Notes: generated by a model from the sequence alone, not told the origin. Shown: positions 17,208 through 26,463, counted from the stretch's first letter. The stretch: DNA of 64,000 bases from Thermoplasmata archaeon (GCA_030040775.1 JASHTB010000009.1:29545-93544), one strand, 5' to 3'. Numbers and translations: made by a program.

Positions 17208-18107
17208 ATGGCCGAAACGGCGGCATCGGCCCGGGTGACTCCGGTCGGCCCGGCACTTCCCGTGGTAGGGAAATCGGAGATCAAGCCGACGTGGTGTCCC
17301 GGATGCGGCGACTTCGGCGTCATCGCGGCGATTGAGATCGCGGTCAAACGTCTCCAACTCCCCAGCCAGAACGTCGTGATCGTCTCGGGGATCGGCTGTT
17401 CGTCGAACCTTCCGCACTTCCTCTCCTCCTACGGCTTCCACGGGATTCACGGCCGGGTCCTCCCGGTCGCCGAAGGGATCCGGTGGGCCAACCACGGGCT
17501 CACCGTCATCGGCACCGGAGGCGATGGCGACGGGTTCGGGATCGGGGCCGGCCACTTCGTCCACGCGATGCGGCGCAACGTCGACCTAACCTACGTGACG
17601 ATGGACAACCAGATCTACGGTCTCACCACCGGCCAGGCGAGCCCGACCTCGTCCATGGGCCAGAAGACCAAATCGACACCGACCGGCGTCATCGAGAACC
17701 CGATCGAGCCGGTGGCCCTCGCCCTCGCAAGCGGGGCCACGTACATCGCCCGGGGATTCTCCGGCGACCCCAAGCACCTCGCCGACCTCATCGCGAACGG
17801 AATCCAGCACAAGGGGTTCTCGCTCGTAGACGTCTACAGCCCGTGCGTCACCTACAACAAGCTCAACACGTTCGACTTCTTCCGCCAGCGCGTCTACAAG
17901 CTCGAGAGCGCCGGCCACGACCCCACCGACCCGGTCGCGGCCTGGCAGCGCGCGCTCGAGTGGGGCGACAAAATCCCGATTGGCCTGTTCTACAAGGTGG
18001 ACAAGCCGACCTACGAGGACCTCGAGGAGGTTCTCTCGGCCGGGCCGCTCGCCCTCCAGGCCGCGGGACTTCGCGGCAAGGAAAAGCTGCTGGACGAGTT
18101 CGTCTAA
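17208..18107 (+). CDS. korB: 2-oxoacid:ferredoxin oxidoreductase, beta subunit (TPP-binding)
   Basis: WCPGCGDFG TPP/Fe-S motif, GIGCSS, GDGDG Mg-TPP motif. SD GAGGTGA (17195-17201), 6 nt before ATG; start 2 nt after korA stop. Confidence 0.85.
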   Translation: MAETAASARVTPVGPALPVVGKSEIKPTWCPGCGDFGVIAAIEIAVKRLQLPSQNVVIVSGIGCSSNLPHFLSSYGFHGIHGRVLPVAEGIRWANHGLTVIGTGGDGDGFGIGAGHFVHAMRRNVDLTYVTMDNQIYGLTTGQASPTSSMGQKTKSTPTGVIENPIEPVALALASGATYIARGFSGDPKHLADLIANGIQHKGFSLVDVYSPCVTYNKLNTFDFFRQRVYKLESAGHDPTDPVAAWQRALEWGDKIPIGLFYKVDKPTYEDLEEVLSAGPLALQAAGLRGKEKLLDEFV

Positions 18108-20176
18108 CGCTGCGCCTCGGGCGACCCCGGGTCGCGGGCGAAGAGGTACGCCGCCCCCTCGTGGAACAGAAGCGGAAACTCGCTCGGGTCGGCGAGAAAC
18201 GGGGCCGGGGAGAACGCCGTCCAGAGCACGCTGTTGTTGCCGGTCACGAGGACGTAGCCCACTGAGAGGTAGGTGAGCGCGGCCTCCCCCCTCACGTCGA
18301 GCGTGCCGTTGGAGAGTTCCGCGACCAGGAGCGTGTAGGACGCGTTCGCGTACTTCCAGCCCGGAATGAGGGGATAGAGCAGGACGACGTCGGGAGCGTA
18401 CCCGGGAAGGAAGTCGGCCGCGCTCCCGGGCGCGATGAGAACCCGCGCCCCGCTCGGGAGGTGCGAGCCAGCGTACTCCAGGAGGGCGAAGTCGTCGGCC
18501 GAGACGTTGCCGAGGTCGTGGTAGAGTGGCGAGAGGACGGAGGGAAGCTCGAGCGGGGTAAGCACGACCCCGGGGCCGACGATCAGGAGGACGACCGCGA
18601 CCGGGACGACCGCGTGCGTGGGGTCGAGAGGAGACGACGGACGCGCGGGTCCGACCGTCCCCGCTCTAGGACCGGCCGGTCGCACGGAGAGTCGGTCGGC
18701 CCAGCCCCAGAGCCACTCGAGCGCGACGATCAGCGGGAGGGCCGCGACCAGCACGTAGATGGTGAAGATCCACGTCGAGAGCTCTCCCGCGCTCGCGACC
18801 GAGGAAAAATCGACCGCCGGTCCGAATCCCGTCGAGGCGACGTAGACGACCGCGAGGAGCAGGAACAGGGACGCCCACGCCGAGAGGACCCACCGCCGAA
18901 AGCCGCCCACGTACCTTCCGACGGCCGACCGGGCCCCGACGAGCACGAGGACCGCAAGGCCCGCGACGATCAGGACGGCGAGCTCAGCGCGGATCGCAAG
19001 GAGAGGGGAGAGCGCCGTGTCGCCCGGCCGAAAGAGAAACGGGTCGAGGAACCCCACGAACTGGGCCGTGGTGATTCCCGTAGGGGTCCCGGCGGGTGCG
19101 GGAGAGGCCCCGGGAACGAATCCTGGGCTGGCGTGTCCCCGGACCAGGACGTAGAGGGAAGGGACCACTCCGACGAGGCACGTTCCGAGCGCGGTCGCCC
19201 ACCGAGCGAACCAGCGTTTCGGATCGGCCGAGAAGGTCGGTCGAACGGTCGCTCCGCCGACGAGGAGAGCGAGGATCAGCCACTCGGCCCCGACCGGGTT
19301 CATCGCCGCCGAGTACCCGAGCAGGAGGCCGAAGCCGGCCGCATCCGCGGGCGCCGGAGGGGACGAACGGAACCATTCGGTTGACTGTCCCGCCAAGAGG
19401 AAGACCAGGGGAAAGGCGAAGACGAAATCGTTGCTCCCTTCGACCATCCCCCGGGTCGCGGGGGCGAGCCAGGCGAGCATGAGGGCGACCGCGAGACCGG
19501 CGCGGTCGCTCCCCAAGGCTCTGCGGCCGAAGACGAACCCCCCGATAGGTGCGAGCGCGATGAACAGCGGCGTCACGAGCAGCGAGGTCCGGGCAGCGGG
19601 GAGGCCGAACGTGAGCTGGGCCCAGGCGAGCCAGACCGTCGTGCCCTGGGGGTAGAGGATGGCCGTCGAGGCGTACGGTTGGAACGAGAGGGGAATCGAA
19701 TGGTTTCGCAGGAGCAGGGCGGTGTAGGTGGTGAGGAGCCCGGAGTCGAAGGTGTTTCCCGTTCCGATCGGAACGGCGACGGCGAGCTCGAGGACGTAGA
19801 GGGCGAGAGCCGAAGCGAGGACGAGGAGATAGGTCGGACGTGCGAGGGAACGGAACGAGCTGAGAAGCCGGTCTAGCCTACCGTGTCGCCGGAGCTCTTG
19901 CACGGCCAGGAGCGAGAGGCCGAGCGCCGCCGCCACGGGGACGGCGAACACCACGGGCGCGACGAACAGTCCGAGCGGGACCGCGGCGATCAGGTAGAGA
20001 ACGCCGCCCCCGAGAAAGAAATCGAGCAGCAGTCGCTCGAGGATCTCGGGAGCGCGCCAAAGAGAGATCCGGCGCGCCGCGAGCACTCGAAAGAACTCTC
20101 CGACCACGACGGCGACCCCGGCCCAGAAAAGGAGCCCGACGGCCCAGAGCCCGCCGGGCGGTCCGGGAAGGTCCAC
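18104..20176 (-). CDS. uncharacterised 690-aa polytopic membrane protein, GT-C-like architecture (about 13 TM + ~190-aa C-terminal hydrophilic domain)
   Basis: Many hydrophobic helices over residues 1-500. First extracytoplasmic loop has acidic pair (PEILERLLLDFF). C-terminal domain has four N-x-S/T sequons (NVS, NAS, NGT, NNS). No WWDYG (only WLWGWAD), so not a canonical AglB/Stt3. Confidence 0.55.
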   Translation of the reverse strand: MDLPGPPGGLWAVGLLFWAGVAVVVGEFFRVLAARRISLWRAPEILERLLLDFFLGGGVLYLIAAVPLGLFVAPVVFAVPVAAALGLSLLAVQELRRHGRLDRLLSSFRSLARPTYLLVLASALALYVLELAVAVPIGTGNTFDSGLLTTYTALLLRNHSIPLSFQPYASTAILYPQGTTVWLAWAQLTFGLPAARTSLLVTPLFIALAPIGGFVFGRRALGSDRAGLAVALMLAWLAPATRGMVEGSNDFVFAFPLVFLLAGQSTEWFRSSPPAPADAAGFGLLLGYSAAMNPVGAEWLILALLVGGATVRPTFSADPKRWFARWATALGTCLVGVVPSLYVLVRGHASPGFVPGASPAPAGTPTGITTAQFVGFLDPFLFRPGDTALSPLLAIRAELAVLIVAGLAVLVLVGARSAVGRYVGGFRRWVLSAWASLFLLLAVVYVASTGFGPAVDFSSVASAGELSTWIFTIYVLVAALPLIVALEWLWGWADRLSVRPAGPRAGTVGPARPSSPLDPTHAVVPVAVVLLIVGPGVVLTPLELPSVLSPLYHDLGNVSADDFALLEYAGSHLPSGARVLIAPGSAADFLPGYAPDVVLLYPLIPGWKYANASYTLLVAELSNGTLDVRGEAALTYLSVGYVLVTGNNSVLWTAFSPAPFLADPSEFPLLFHEGAAYLFARDPGSPEAQR

Positions 20177-20196
20177 GGAACGGCGAGTCGCCTACA

Positions 20197-20236
20197 CCTT
20201 ATAGAACAGTGCCGGCTCGGCGCTAGGTATTTACTC
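20197..20236. promoter_or_regulatory. back-to-back TATA-like boxes in the divergent intergenic region (ccTTATAGAAc and aggTATTTACtc)
   Basis: The only A/T-rich elements in the 88-bp spacer. TTATAGAA (20199-20206) is 23-30 nt upstream of the minus-strand start at 20176; TATTTAC (20228-20234) is about 30 nt upstream of the flippase start at 20265. Leaderless-type spacing for both genes. Confidence 0.45.
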
Positions 20237-20264
20237 TGAGAGACCAGCCCGGCGGCCGGAGAGC

Positions 20265-21827
20265 GTGGTGACCACGGCGTCCGACTCGGGAGTCCGGGAA
20301 GGACTATCGAGCGTCACGCGCGGCACGCTCTTCGTCCTCGTCTCAACGCTCTGCTTGGTCGGGCTGACCTTCGTCTCTCGCGTCGTGCTCGTTCGCGGGA
20401 TCTCTCCGGGGGCTTGGAACGCGTTTTCCTTCGGACTCACCCTCGCCGGAGTGCTCTCCGCCTTCGGAACGCTGGGGCTCCCGAACGCGGTCGCCCGGAA
20501 CATTCCGTACGCTTCGAGCGATGACGAGCGGCGGGCCATTATCCGGGGCGCGCTCCTCGTCGGGAGCGGTGCGGCCGCGGCGATCTCCGTGGTCCTCTGG
20601 TTGACCGCCCCGTCGATCGGGAAAGCGCTCGGCCAGCCTGCGATCGGCCTCGGCCTCGAGTACTTTCCGATCGCGGTTGGCTCTTCGATCGTCGCGACCC
20701 TCATCGCTTCGGTCTTCCAGGGCTACGAGGACGTCACTCCGAACGCCCTCTATCTCCAGGTGATCAACCCCGCTCTCTTCGTCGGGTTCCTGGGGGTCGC
20801 CGTCGTCGTCCCGGCCTACGGGATCTCGTTCACCGAGTCGCTGGTCGCCTACGCCGCGGCGAACGCCGTGACCCTCGGCCTTCTCGTCCTCTATCTCTAC
20901 CGGCGACTCCCCCGACGCCTTCCCTCCGGTCCTCGGGCCCCGGGGGCGGTCTCTCGTCTCCTCCGGTTCGCCGCCCCGCTCTTCGTGGTCAGCATCATGT
21001 CGAGCGTGATCGGCTCGGGGGACACGCTCGTTCTGGGGGTCTACCACTCAGGGGAGGTCGGCACGTACGTCGCGTCGCTCACCCTCGCCCGGCTCCTCGG
21101 GATAGGGATCGGCGCGCTCGGATACATCTTCCTTCCCGTCGCGTCGAAGCTCCTGAGGCAGAACGACGCCCGCTCGATCCTGCTCACGTACACGACGGTG
21201 ACGAAGTGGATGATCCTGGTCTCGCTCCCCCTGTTCCTTCTCTTCTTCTTCCTGCCGAGCGCCTCGCTCGGGTTCGTCTATGGCTCGAGCTACACCGCGG
21301 TGATCACGCCGCTGGAGGTCGCGGTCCTCGGTGCCTTCCTGACGACGCTCGTCGGACCGGCCACCACGGCTCAGGTCGCCTACGGGCAAACCCGGCTTCT
21401 GATGTACAACGCCGTGGTCGCGGGTGTGGCCGACCTCGTCCTCGCGCTCTGGCTGGTTCCTTCTCTCGGCTACGTAGGCTCGGCGATCGCGTGGGCGAGC
21501 GCCAACGCGCTCTACTCAGCGGCATCACTCGCCGAGCTCGCGGTCCTCTCGAACGTCCATCCGTTCCGCCGGCACTTCGTCCTGCCCCTCGTCGCCTCGG
21601 CCGTCCCGGTCGGTCTCGTGCTCGGCGTCGTCCGCCCGACCGTCCCCCTCCTCGCCCTTCCCGCGCTCGGGCTCGGATGCGCCGGCCTCTTCGTCGTGGT
21701 GGTCCTCCTCACCCGGAGTGTCGACGACGGGGACCGTCTCCTGCTCGAGGCCGTGGAGCGTCTCTTCGGACGCCCCCTCTGGCTGCTGCGACGTATCGGT
21801 CGCTACGGTCTCCCCCGTAGCAACTGA
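20265..21827 (+). CDS. MOP-superfamily polysaccharide/oligosaccharide flippase (Wzx / AglR-like)
   Basis: 520 aa, about 14 TM helices, N-terminal pattern (RGTLFVLVSTLCLVGLTFVSRVVLVRGISPGAWNAFSFGLTL) typical of the polysaccharide-biosynthesis (Wzx) family. Confidence 0.7.
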   Translation: MVTTASDSGVREGLSSVTRGTLFVLVSTLCLVGLTFVSRVVLVRGISPGAWNAFSFGLTLAGVLSAFGTLGLPNAVARNIPYASSDDERRAIIRGALLVGSGAAAAISVVLWLTAPSIGKALGQPAIGLGLEYFPIAVGSSIVATLIASVFQGYEDVTPNALYLQVINPALFVGFLGVAVVVPAYGISFTESLVAYAAANAVTLGLLVLYLYRRLPRRLPSGPRAPGAVSRLLRFAAPLFVVSIMSSVIGSGDTLVLGVYHSGEVGTYVASLTLARLLGIGIGALGYIFLPVASKLLRQNDARSILLTYTTVTKWMILVSLPLFLLFFFLPSASLGFVYGSSYTAVITPLEVAVLGAFLTTLVGPATTAQVAYGQTRLLMYNAVVAGVADLVLALWLVPSLGYVGSAIAWASANALYSAASLAELAVLSNVHPFRRHFVLPLVASAVPVGLVLGVVRPTVPLLALPALGLGCAGLFVVVVLLTRSVDDGDRLLLEAVERLFGRPLWLLRRIGRYGLPRSN

Positions 21828-22142
21828 GGCCGAGCCGGAGGCTTCGGTGGTTTCTCGTCTCTCCCGCACGTGGTCGGCCAAGAGCAACACGACACCCGCT
21901 CCGAGCAGGAAGAAGACGTACTCCGCGAGAGTGTTCGCGGCCCCGGTGTCCCCGCTTGCATCGACGATGGCGGTGACCACCAGCAGGGCGAGCGCCGCGC
22001 CGATGAGATACCGAGCGTCGAGGCCCGCCCAGAACGAGTAGACCATGTACGCGACCAAGAGGCCGAGGAAGACCTCTGCATAGGGAAACGCCACGTCGCG
22101 CCTCGCGCCGCGACCGGCCGCGAGTTCAAAATCGTATGCCAA
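21525..22142 (-). CDS. hypothetical small membrane protein (2 TM) with acidic tail; 3' part overlaps flippase antisense
   Basis: N-terminal ~100 aa (22142 to ~21830) has two convincing TM helices (VFLGLLVAYMVYSFWAGL; YVFFLLGAGVVLLLA) in an otherwise gene-free 315 bp. The remaining D/E-rich 100 aa run antisense to the flippase C-terminal TM helices and may be artefactual. Confidence 0.3.
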   Translation of the reverse strand: MAYDFELAAGRGARRDVAFPYAEVFLGLLVAYMVYSFWAGLDARYLIGAALALLVVTAIVDASGDTGAANTLAEYVFFLLGAGVVLLLADHVRERRETTEASGSASVATGETVATDTSQQPEGASEETLHGLEQETVPVVDTPGEEDHHDEEAGASEPERGKGEEGDGRADDAEHETDRDGRGDEGQDEVPAERMDVREDRELGE

Positions 22143-22276
22143 TCACGGGCGCTCGCTCTCGTCACGCTGGCGTTCGGCCCGGTCCGCGTCGCCGAGTATA
22201 ACCGGGAGCGCGCCCAGTCAGGTTTACATAGGGGCGACTATCATCCGGTCGCCGGGAGCGTTTTCCTGGTCGGTTC

Positions 22277-22861
22277 ATGACAGGACCCTCACGCGGACGA
22301 CGCATCGTACCGATCGCGTTGGGGGTCGCCATGCTCGGGATCGTGGTGGCCGCTGCGCTGAGCCCGAACACCGGCGTCGTACAGGCCCAGACGCCGGCCT
22401 CCTATGTCTCCGTGAGCCCGAACTACACCCCTGTCTATGTCGGCGTCGCGCTCGCCGCGATCGCTGCCATCATCGTCGGGCTTCTCTTGCTCATGCGCCG
22501 GCGCCGCCCGCCGCCGGCAGCGGCTCAGCCCCCGGTGCAGGCCTGGCAGGGCGGACCGAGCGGACCCGGCGGAGCGGCCGCCCCGCCCGCCCCTGCCCCG
22601 CCTCCGCCTCCGGCGGCCGCTCCGGCGTACCTCGAGACACCCGAGGACGTCGGCCACGCTCCTCCGGCCGTCCCGGTCACCAAGGGCGGGGCCGCCGCGG
22701 CGGGAGCGGGAGCCGGTGCTGCGGCCGGCGAGGCCGAGCCGGACATCGACTCGCTGATGGCGGAGCTCGACAAGATCAGCGGCGAGATCCTGAAGCGCGC
22801 GCCGAAGAAGGGCGCCCAGAAGCCACCCGCCGAACCCGGCGAAGAGGAGCAAAATCCGTAG
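22277..22861 (+). CDS. hypothetical bitopic membrane protein with Pro/Ala-rich low-complexity cytoplasmic region
   Basis: N-terminal signal-anchor (IVPIALGVAMLGIVVAAAL), short outer loop, second TM (VGVALAAIAAIIVGLLLLM), then RRRRPPPAAAQPP...PAPAPPPPPAAAPA low-complexity and a C-terminal amphipathic helix. TATA-like GAGTATAA / TTTACATAGG in the upstream spacer. Confidence 0.45.
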   Translation: MTGPSRGRRIVPIALGVAMLGIVVAAALSPNTGVVQAQTPASYVSVSPNYTPVYVGVALAAIAAIIVGLLLLMRRRRPPPAAAQPPVQAWQGGPSGPGGAAAPPAPAPPPPPAAAPAYLETPEDVGHAPPAVPVTKGGAAAAGAGAGAAAGEAEPDIDSLMAELDKISGEILKRAPKKGAQKPPAEPGEEEQNP

Positions 22862-22918
22862 TCATCCCGCCTTCGCCCGGCGGGGGGCTCTTAAGAACCC
22901 GCGCGCCGTCGATACCCC

Positions 22919-23173
22919 GTGTCCGACCAACCGGGCGCACCCGACCCCAGCAAGCTCCTCGCGGAGCTGCGCCGGGCAATCGAGCGGGCGCCCTCGCGAC
23001 CCCGCGAGATCGAGGTCGGGGTGGCTCTCTCTATCGCCCTCGGCCGATTGCGTACCCCCGTCGCGTGCGGAGGGTGTGCGGAACCTCTCGCCTTCGAAGG
23101 GATACCGGCTCGAACGAACGCTCGTCTGTCGGTCCCGTTTCGCCTCGTCTTCGAACGGCCCACCGGGTCGTAG
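22919..23173 (+). CDS. hypothetical small protein (84 aa)
   Basis: ORF between the Pro-rich protein and DedA in the same orientation; no recognisable motif (single CGGC). Confidence 0.3.
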   Translation: MSDQPGAPDPSKLLAELRRAIERAPSRPREIEVGVALSIALGRLRTPVACGGCAEPLAFEGIPARTNARLSVPFRLVFERPTGS

Positions 23174-23203
23174 CCGGACCCGAACCCTTCCCGGAGCTCC
23201 TTC

Positions 23204-23896
23204 GTGACGTTCTCTCTGGTCGGCAGCCTTGTAGACGCCATCACGACCGTCCTCACGACGGTCGGGCTCCCGGGCTTGTTCGCCCTGATGGTGGTCGAGA
23301 GCTTCGGCCTCCCCCCCATCCCGAGCGAGGTAATCCTTCCGTTCACCGGCTTCCTCATCGCTGACGGGACGTTCTCCCTCGCAGCCGCGGTCACGGTCGC
23401 TCTCGCCGGTGCGCTGGTCGGCTCGTTCGCCGCCTACGCCGTGGGACGCTGGTGGCGGCAGCGGATCACCGGTCTTGGGGTAGGCCGGCTCCGACTCGAG
23501 GCCCGCCACCTCGAAAGGATGGACCGGTTCTTCGCTCGTCACGGCGAAGCAACGGTCGGGGTCGCTCGCCTCGTACCGGTCCTGCGGGCGTACATCTCCT
23601 ATCCCGCAGGGACGGCTCGGATGTCCCCCGTTCGATTCGGAGCGTTCACCCTGGCCGGGTCGATTCCGTTCACCCTCGCTCTGGTCTACGCCGGAATGGT
23701 CCTCGGCTTGAACTGGCGGGCCGTCTCTTCGACGTTCCAGTACATCGACATCGCGCTGATCCTGCTCGTGGTGTTCGTCGTAGCGTACATTCTTCTCCAG
23801 GTCGCGGGCGTTCTCGCTCCGGGCTGGCCTCCTCGAAGGGTCTCTGGTGGCCCCGCCCCCGTGGCCGGGACCGACCCGAGGCAGCCCGGGCCGTGA
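23204..23896 (+). CDS. dedA: DedA-family membrane protein (SNARE-associated/VTT domain)
   Basis: MVVESFGLPPIPSEVILPFTGFL matches the DedA signature E-x-x-G-x-P-x-P-x-E; RLVPVLRAYISYPAG second motif; about 6 TM helices. Confidence 0.8.
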   Translation: MTFSLVGSLVDAITTVLTTVGLPGLFALMVVESFGLPPIPSEVILPFTGFLIADGTFSLAAAVTVALAGALVGSFAAYAVGRWWRQRITGLGVGRLRLEARHLERMDRFFARHGEATVGVARLVPVLRAYISYPAGTARMSPVRFGAFTLAGSIPFTLALVYAGMVLGLNWRAVSSTFQYIDIALILLVVFVVAYILLQVAGVLAPGWPPRRVSGGPAPVAGTDPRQPGP

Positions 23897-23931
23897 AAGG
23901 TTTCGTCGGAAGGACCGATCGGAGGGGCCGG

Positions 23932-25302
23932 TCAGGGGCCGGCGGGCTCGGTATCCGTCTCGGTCGGCGACCCTTCACCCGGCGCGAACTCCGGGCGCAC
24001 CACGGCCCCCGTCGGCCGTCCGACGTACTCCCCGTCCTCCACGATCCGTTCGCCGTCCCGGTAGTGCTCCCAGGGGAAGATCGCCTCCCATCCCTCGAAG
24101 GCCGTCCAACCACAGGGTGCGGCGAGCCGTCGGGGGTCGAGCCGTGTCCGACGCTTAAAATCGACCACGAGGAGGTTCGCCCGGTGCCCGGGCGCGATGC
24201 GGCCGAGAGGTTGACCGACCCAGCGGGCCGGACGGTCGCACGCGGTCGCGATCAACGTCCCCAGGTCGAGTTCGCCCGAACGGACCCGGTCGAGGAAGAT
24301 CGGTAGCATCGTCTCGACCCCGGGCATTCCGCTCGGGGCGGTCTCGAACGGGAGCTCTTTCGCGGAGAGCGAGTGGGGTGCGTGGTCGCTCGCGAGGCAC
24401 GGGATCTCCCCCCGTCGATACGCCTCCCAGAGCGATTGGCGCTCCGCCTCGGAGCGAAGGGGAGGGTTGACCTTGAAACGGGAGTCGAGGCCGGAGCGCT
24501 CCGAGAGCAGGAGGTGGTGCGGGGTCGCTTCGAAAGAGGTCCCGGCGCTTCGAAGTCTTGCGGCCGAAGCCGCGGTAGTGACGTGAGCGATGTGCAGGCG
24601 AAGCGCCGCGGGCGGCGGGAGCAGCCGGTCGAGCGCGGCACCCTCGGCAGCGGTGGGACGCGCCGCGTTCCACCCGACTGGGTCGCGCGGGATAAACCCC
24701 GGACGAAACTCCTCGGCCGCCTCCGCGTGGACCGTGAGGGGAAGGCCGAGTTGCGAGAGTCGGGAGAGGAGCCCGGGAAGTTCCGCTCGCAACGGGACCC
24801 GATCGATGCCGGTCGTAGGACTGAGGTAGAGCTTGAACGCACCGGCGGTGCGAGCCAGGCGGTCGAGCGCCCCAGGTCGGCTCGGAACGGCGAAGAGGAG
24901 GAGGTCGACGGCCGCCCGCCCGTGAGCGGAACGGGCCTTCTCCTCCAGAACGTCTACGTCCGCTACCGCCGGGTTCGTGTTCGGCATGTCGCCGACGAGC
25001 GTCACTCCGCCCCGAGCCGCTTCGACCGTCCCCGAGGCGAGGCTCTCGACGGCCGGGTCTCCGCCTGGGTCGCGAAGGTGGACGTGGAGGTCGGTGGCCG
25101 CAGGCAAGATGACTGAGTCGCCCACGTCTCGCCGACGGCGAGCGGTCCGGACCTTCCCGACCGAAACAATCCGGCCCGAGGCGCCGATCGCCACTTCGAC
25201 CGGTTGCAGGCGTCCCCGAACGAGCGCCCGCCCCGCAAGGACCCATTCGGGTGCCTCGACCTCCCTCGAGGGGCGGTCGGTGGTACCGGACCGTCTTCGC
25301 AC
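23932..25302 (-). CDS. pyrC: dihydroorotase (cyclic amidohydrolase superfamily)
   Basis: DLHVHLRDPG metal-binding motif, later HIAHV and ASDHAPH blocks. True start probably internal (the N-terminal 25 aa of the track ORF are Arg-rich). Confidence 0.8.
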   Translation of the reverse strand: MRRRSGTTDRPSREVEAPEWVLAGRALVRGRLQPVEVAIGASGRIVSVGKVRTARRRRDVGDSVILPAATDLHVHLRDPGGDPAVESLASGTVEAARGGVTLVGDMPNTNPAVADVDVLEEKARSAHGRAAVDLLLFAVPSRPGALDRLARTAGAFKLYLSPTTGIDRVPLRAELPGLLSRLSQLGLPLTVHAEAAEEFRPGFIPRDPVGWNAARPTAAEGAALDRLLPPPAALRLHIAHVTTAASAARLRSAGTSFEATPHHLLLSERSGLDSRFKVNPPLRSEAERQSLWEAYRRGEIPCLASDHAPHSLSAKELPFETAPSGMPGVETMLPIFLDRVRSGELDLGTLIATACDRPARWVGQPLGRIAPGHRANLLVVDFKRRTRLDPRRLAAPCGWTAFEGWEAIFPWEHYRDGERIVEDGEYVGRPTGAVVRPEFAPGEGSPTETDTEPAGP

Positions 25303-25384
25303 GAACGGCGGGACGAAGGTGGTTCTAAAGAAGCCACCCCTCCGAACGCCGCAGCTCTTTTCTTCCCGTCTCCTTCCGAGCGTG

Positions 25385-26443
25385 ATGGCGCAGGCCCCCC
25401 CGCGACCGGTTTCGGCCTACGCGGCGAGCGGGGTCGACGTCTCGGCCCGCGCTCGCGCGCTCAAGGCTCTGCTTTCCTCGGTCCGGTACCGTCCGCCACC
25501 CGACCATGGCCGACCGATCGACGCGCCCGGCCACTACGCGGGCTTGGTGCGGATCGGACGGGAGACGATCGCGATTACGACCGACACCGTCGGGACGAAG
25601 GTGATTCTCGCCGAGCGCCTCGGACGGTGGGAAGAGGTCGGCGAGGACGTCGTGGCGGTGAACGTGAACGACCTCGCCGCCGTAGGCGCGCGGCCGGCGG
25701 CTCTGGTCGACACGATCCTCTGCGGCCGTCCTGACGAGGAGGTCTTTCGGTCGGTCGGTCGAGGAATCGAGGCGGGGCTTCGAAAAGCCCGGTGCGCTCT
25801 GCTCGGAGGAGAGACGGCCGTCGTTCCCGAGATCGTCCACGATATCGACCTGGGAGGTACGGCTGTCGGCTTCTTCCCTCGAGGTCGGCGACCGGTGACG
25901 GGGACCCGGATTCGTCCCGGCGACCGGCTGCTGGGAATCCCCTCGAGCGGAGTCCACGCGAACGGTTTCACGCTCGTGCGTAAGCTGCTCGAAGAGGGTC
26001 GAGTCGACCTCTCCCAGCCTCGACCCGGGTCGACCGTGCCGGTCGGCGAGGAGCTCCTCCGGCCGACCCGGATCTACTCGACGACGGCCGACGCCCTCGC
26101 GGGAAGGGCCGAGGTGCACGGGCTGGCTCACGTAAGCGGAGAGGGTGTTCGCAACCTCGTCCGACTGCATCCCCGGGTCGCTTTCGTCCTCGATCGGTGG
26201 CCCGCGCCTCCGTCGCTCTTCTCGTGGATTGCCTCGCTCGGGAACCTCCCCGCCGAGGAGATGTACGAGACGTTCAACATGGGCATCGGCTTTGTCGTCG
26301 TGGCCGGGCCAGAGCACCTATCGGAGACTCGCCGGCGGCTCGCCCGGGCCGGTGCCCCCGACTCGGTCGAGATCGGTCACGTCGAGCGGGGGACGGGAGT
26401 CAGACTACCGGCCCTCGGAATTGAATTCCGCGAGTACGCCTGA
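25385..26443 (+). CDS. purM: phosphoribosylformylglycinamidine cyclo-ligase (AIR synthetase)
   Basis: Only the last 352 codons of the 488-codon track ORF are PurM-like (MAQAPPRPVSAYAASGVDV..., DLAAVGA, GGETA). Start at ATG 25385, 83 bp from divergent pyrC. Confidence 0.85.
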   Translation: MAQAPPRPVSAYAASGVDVSARARALKALLSSVRYRPPPDHGRPIDAPGHYAGLVRIGRETIAITTDTVGTKVILAERLGRWEEVGEDVVAVNVNDLAAVGARPAALVDTILCGRPDEEVFRSVGRGIEAGLRKARCALLGGETAVVPEIVHDIDLGGTAVGFFPRGRRPVTGTRIRPGDRLLGIPSSGVHANGFTLVRKLLEEGRVDLSQPRPGSTVPVGEELLRPTRIYSTTADALAGRAEVHGLAHVSGEGVRNLVRLHPRVAFVLDRWPAPPSLFSWIASLGNLPAEEMYETFNMGIGFVVVAGPEHLSETRRRLARAGAPDSVEIGHVERGTGVRLPALGIEFREYA

Positions 26444-26463
26444 GCGGGGCCGGCCGATTCCGG

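Noticed and set aside
18104-20176. Calling the 690-aa membrane protein an AglB/Stt3 oligosaccharyltransferase
   Set aside because: The diagnostic WWDYG motif is absent (the nearest is WLWGWAD) and no DK/MI-type motif was seen. Only the generic GT-C-like architecture is claimed.
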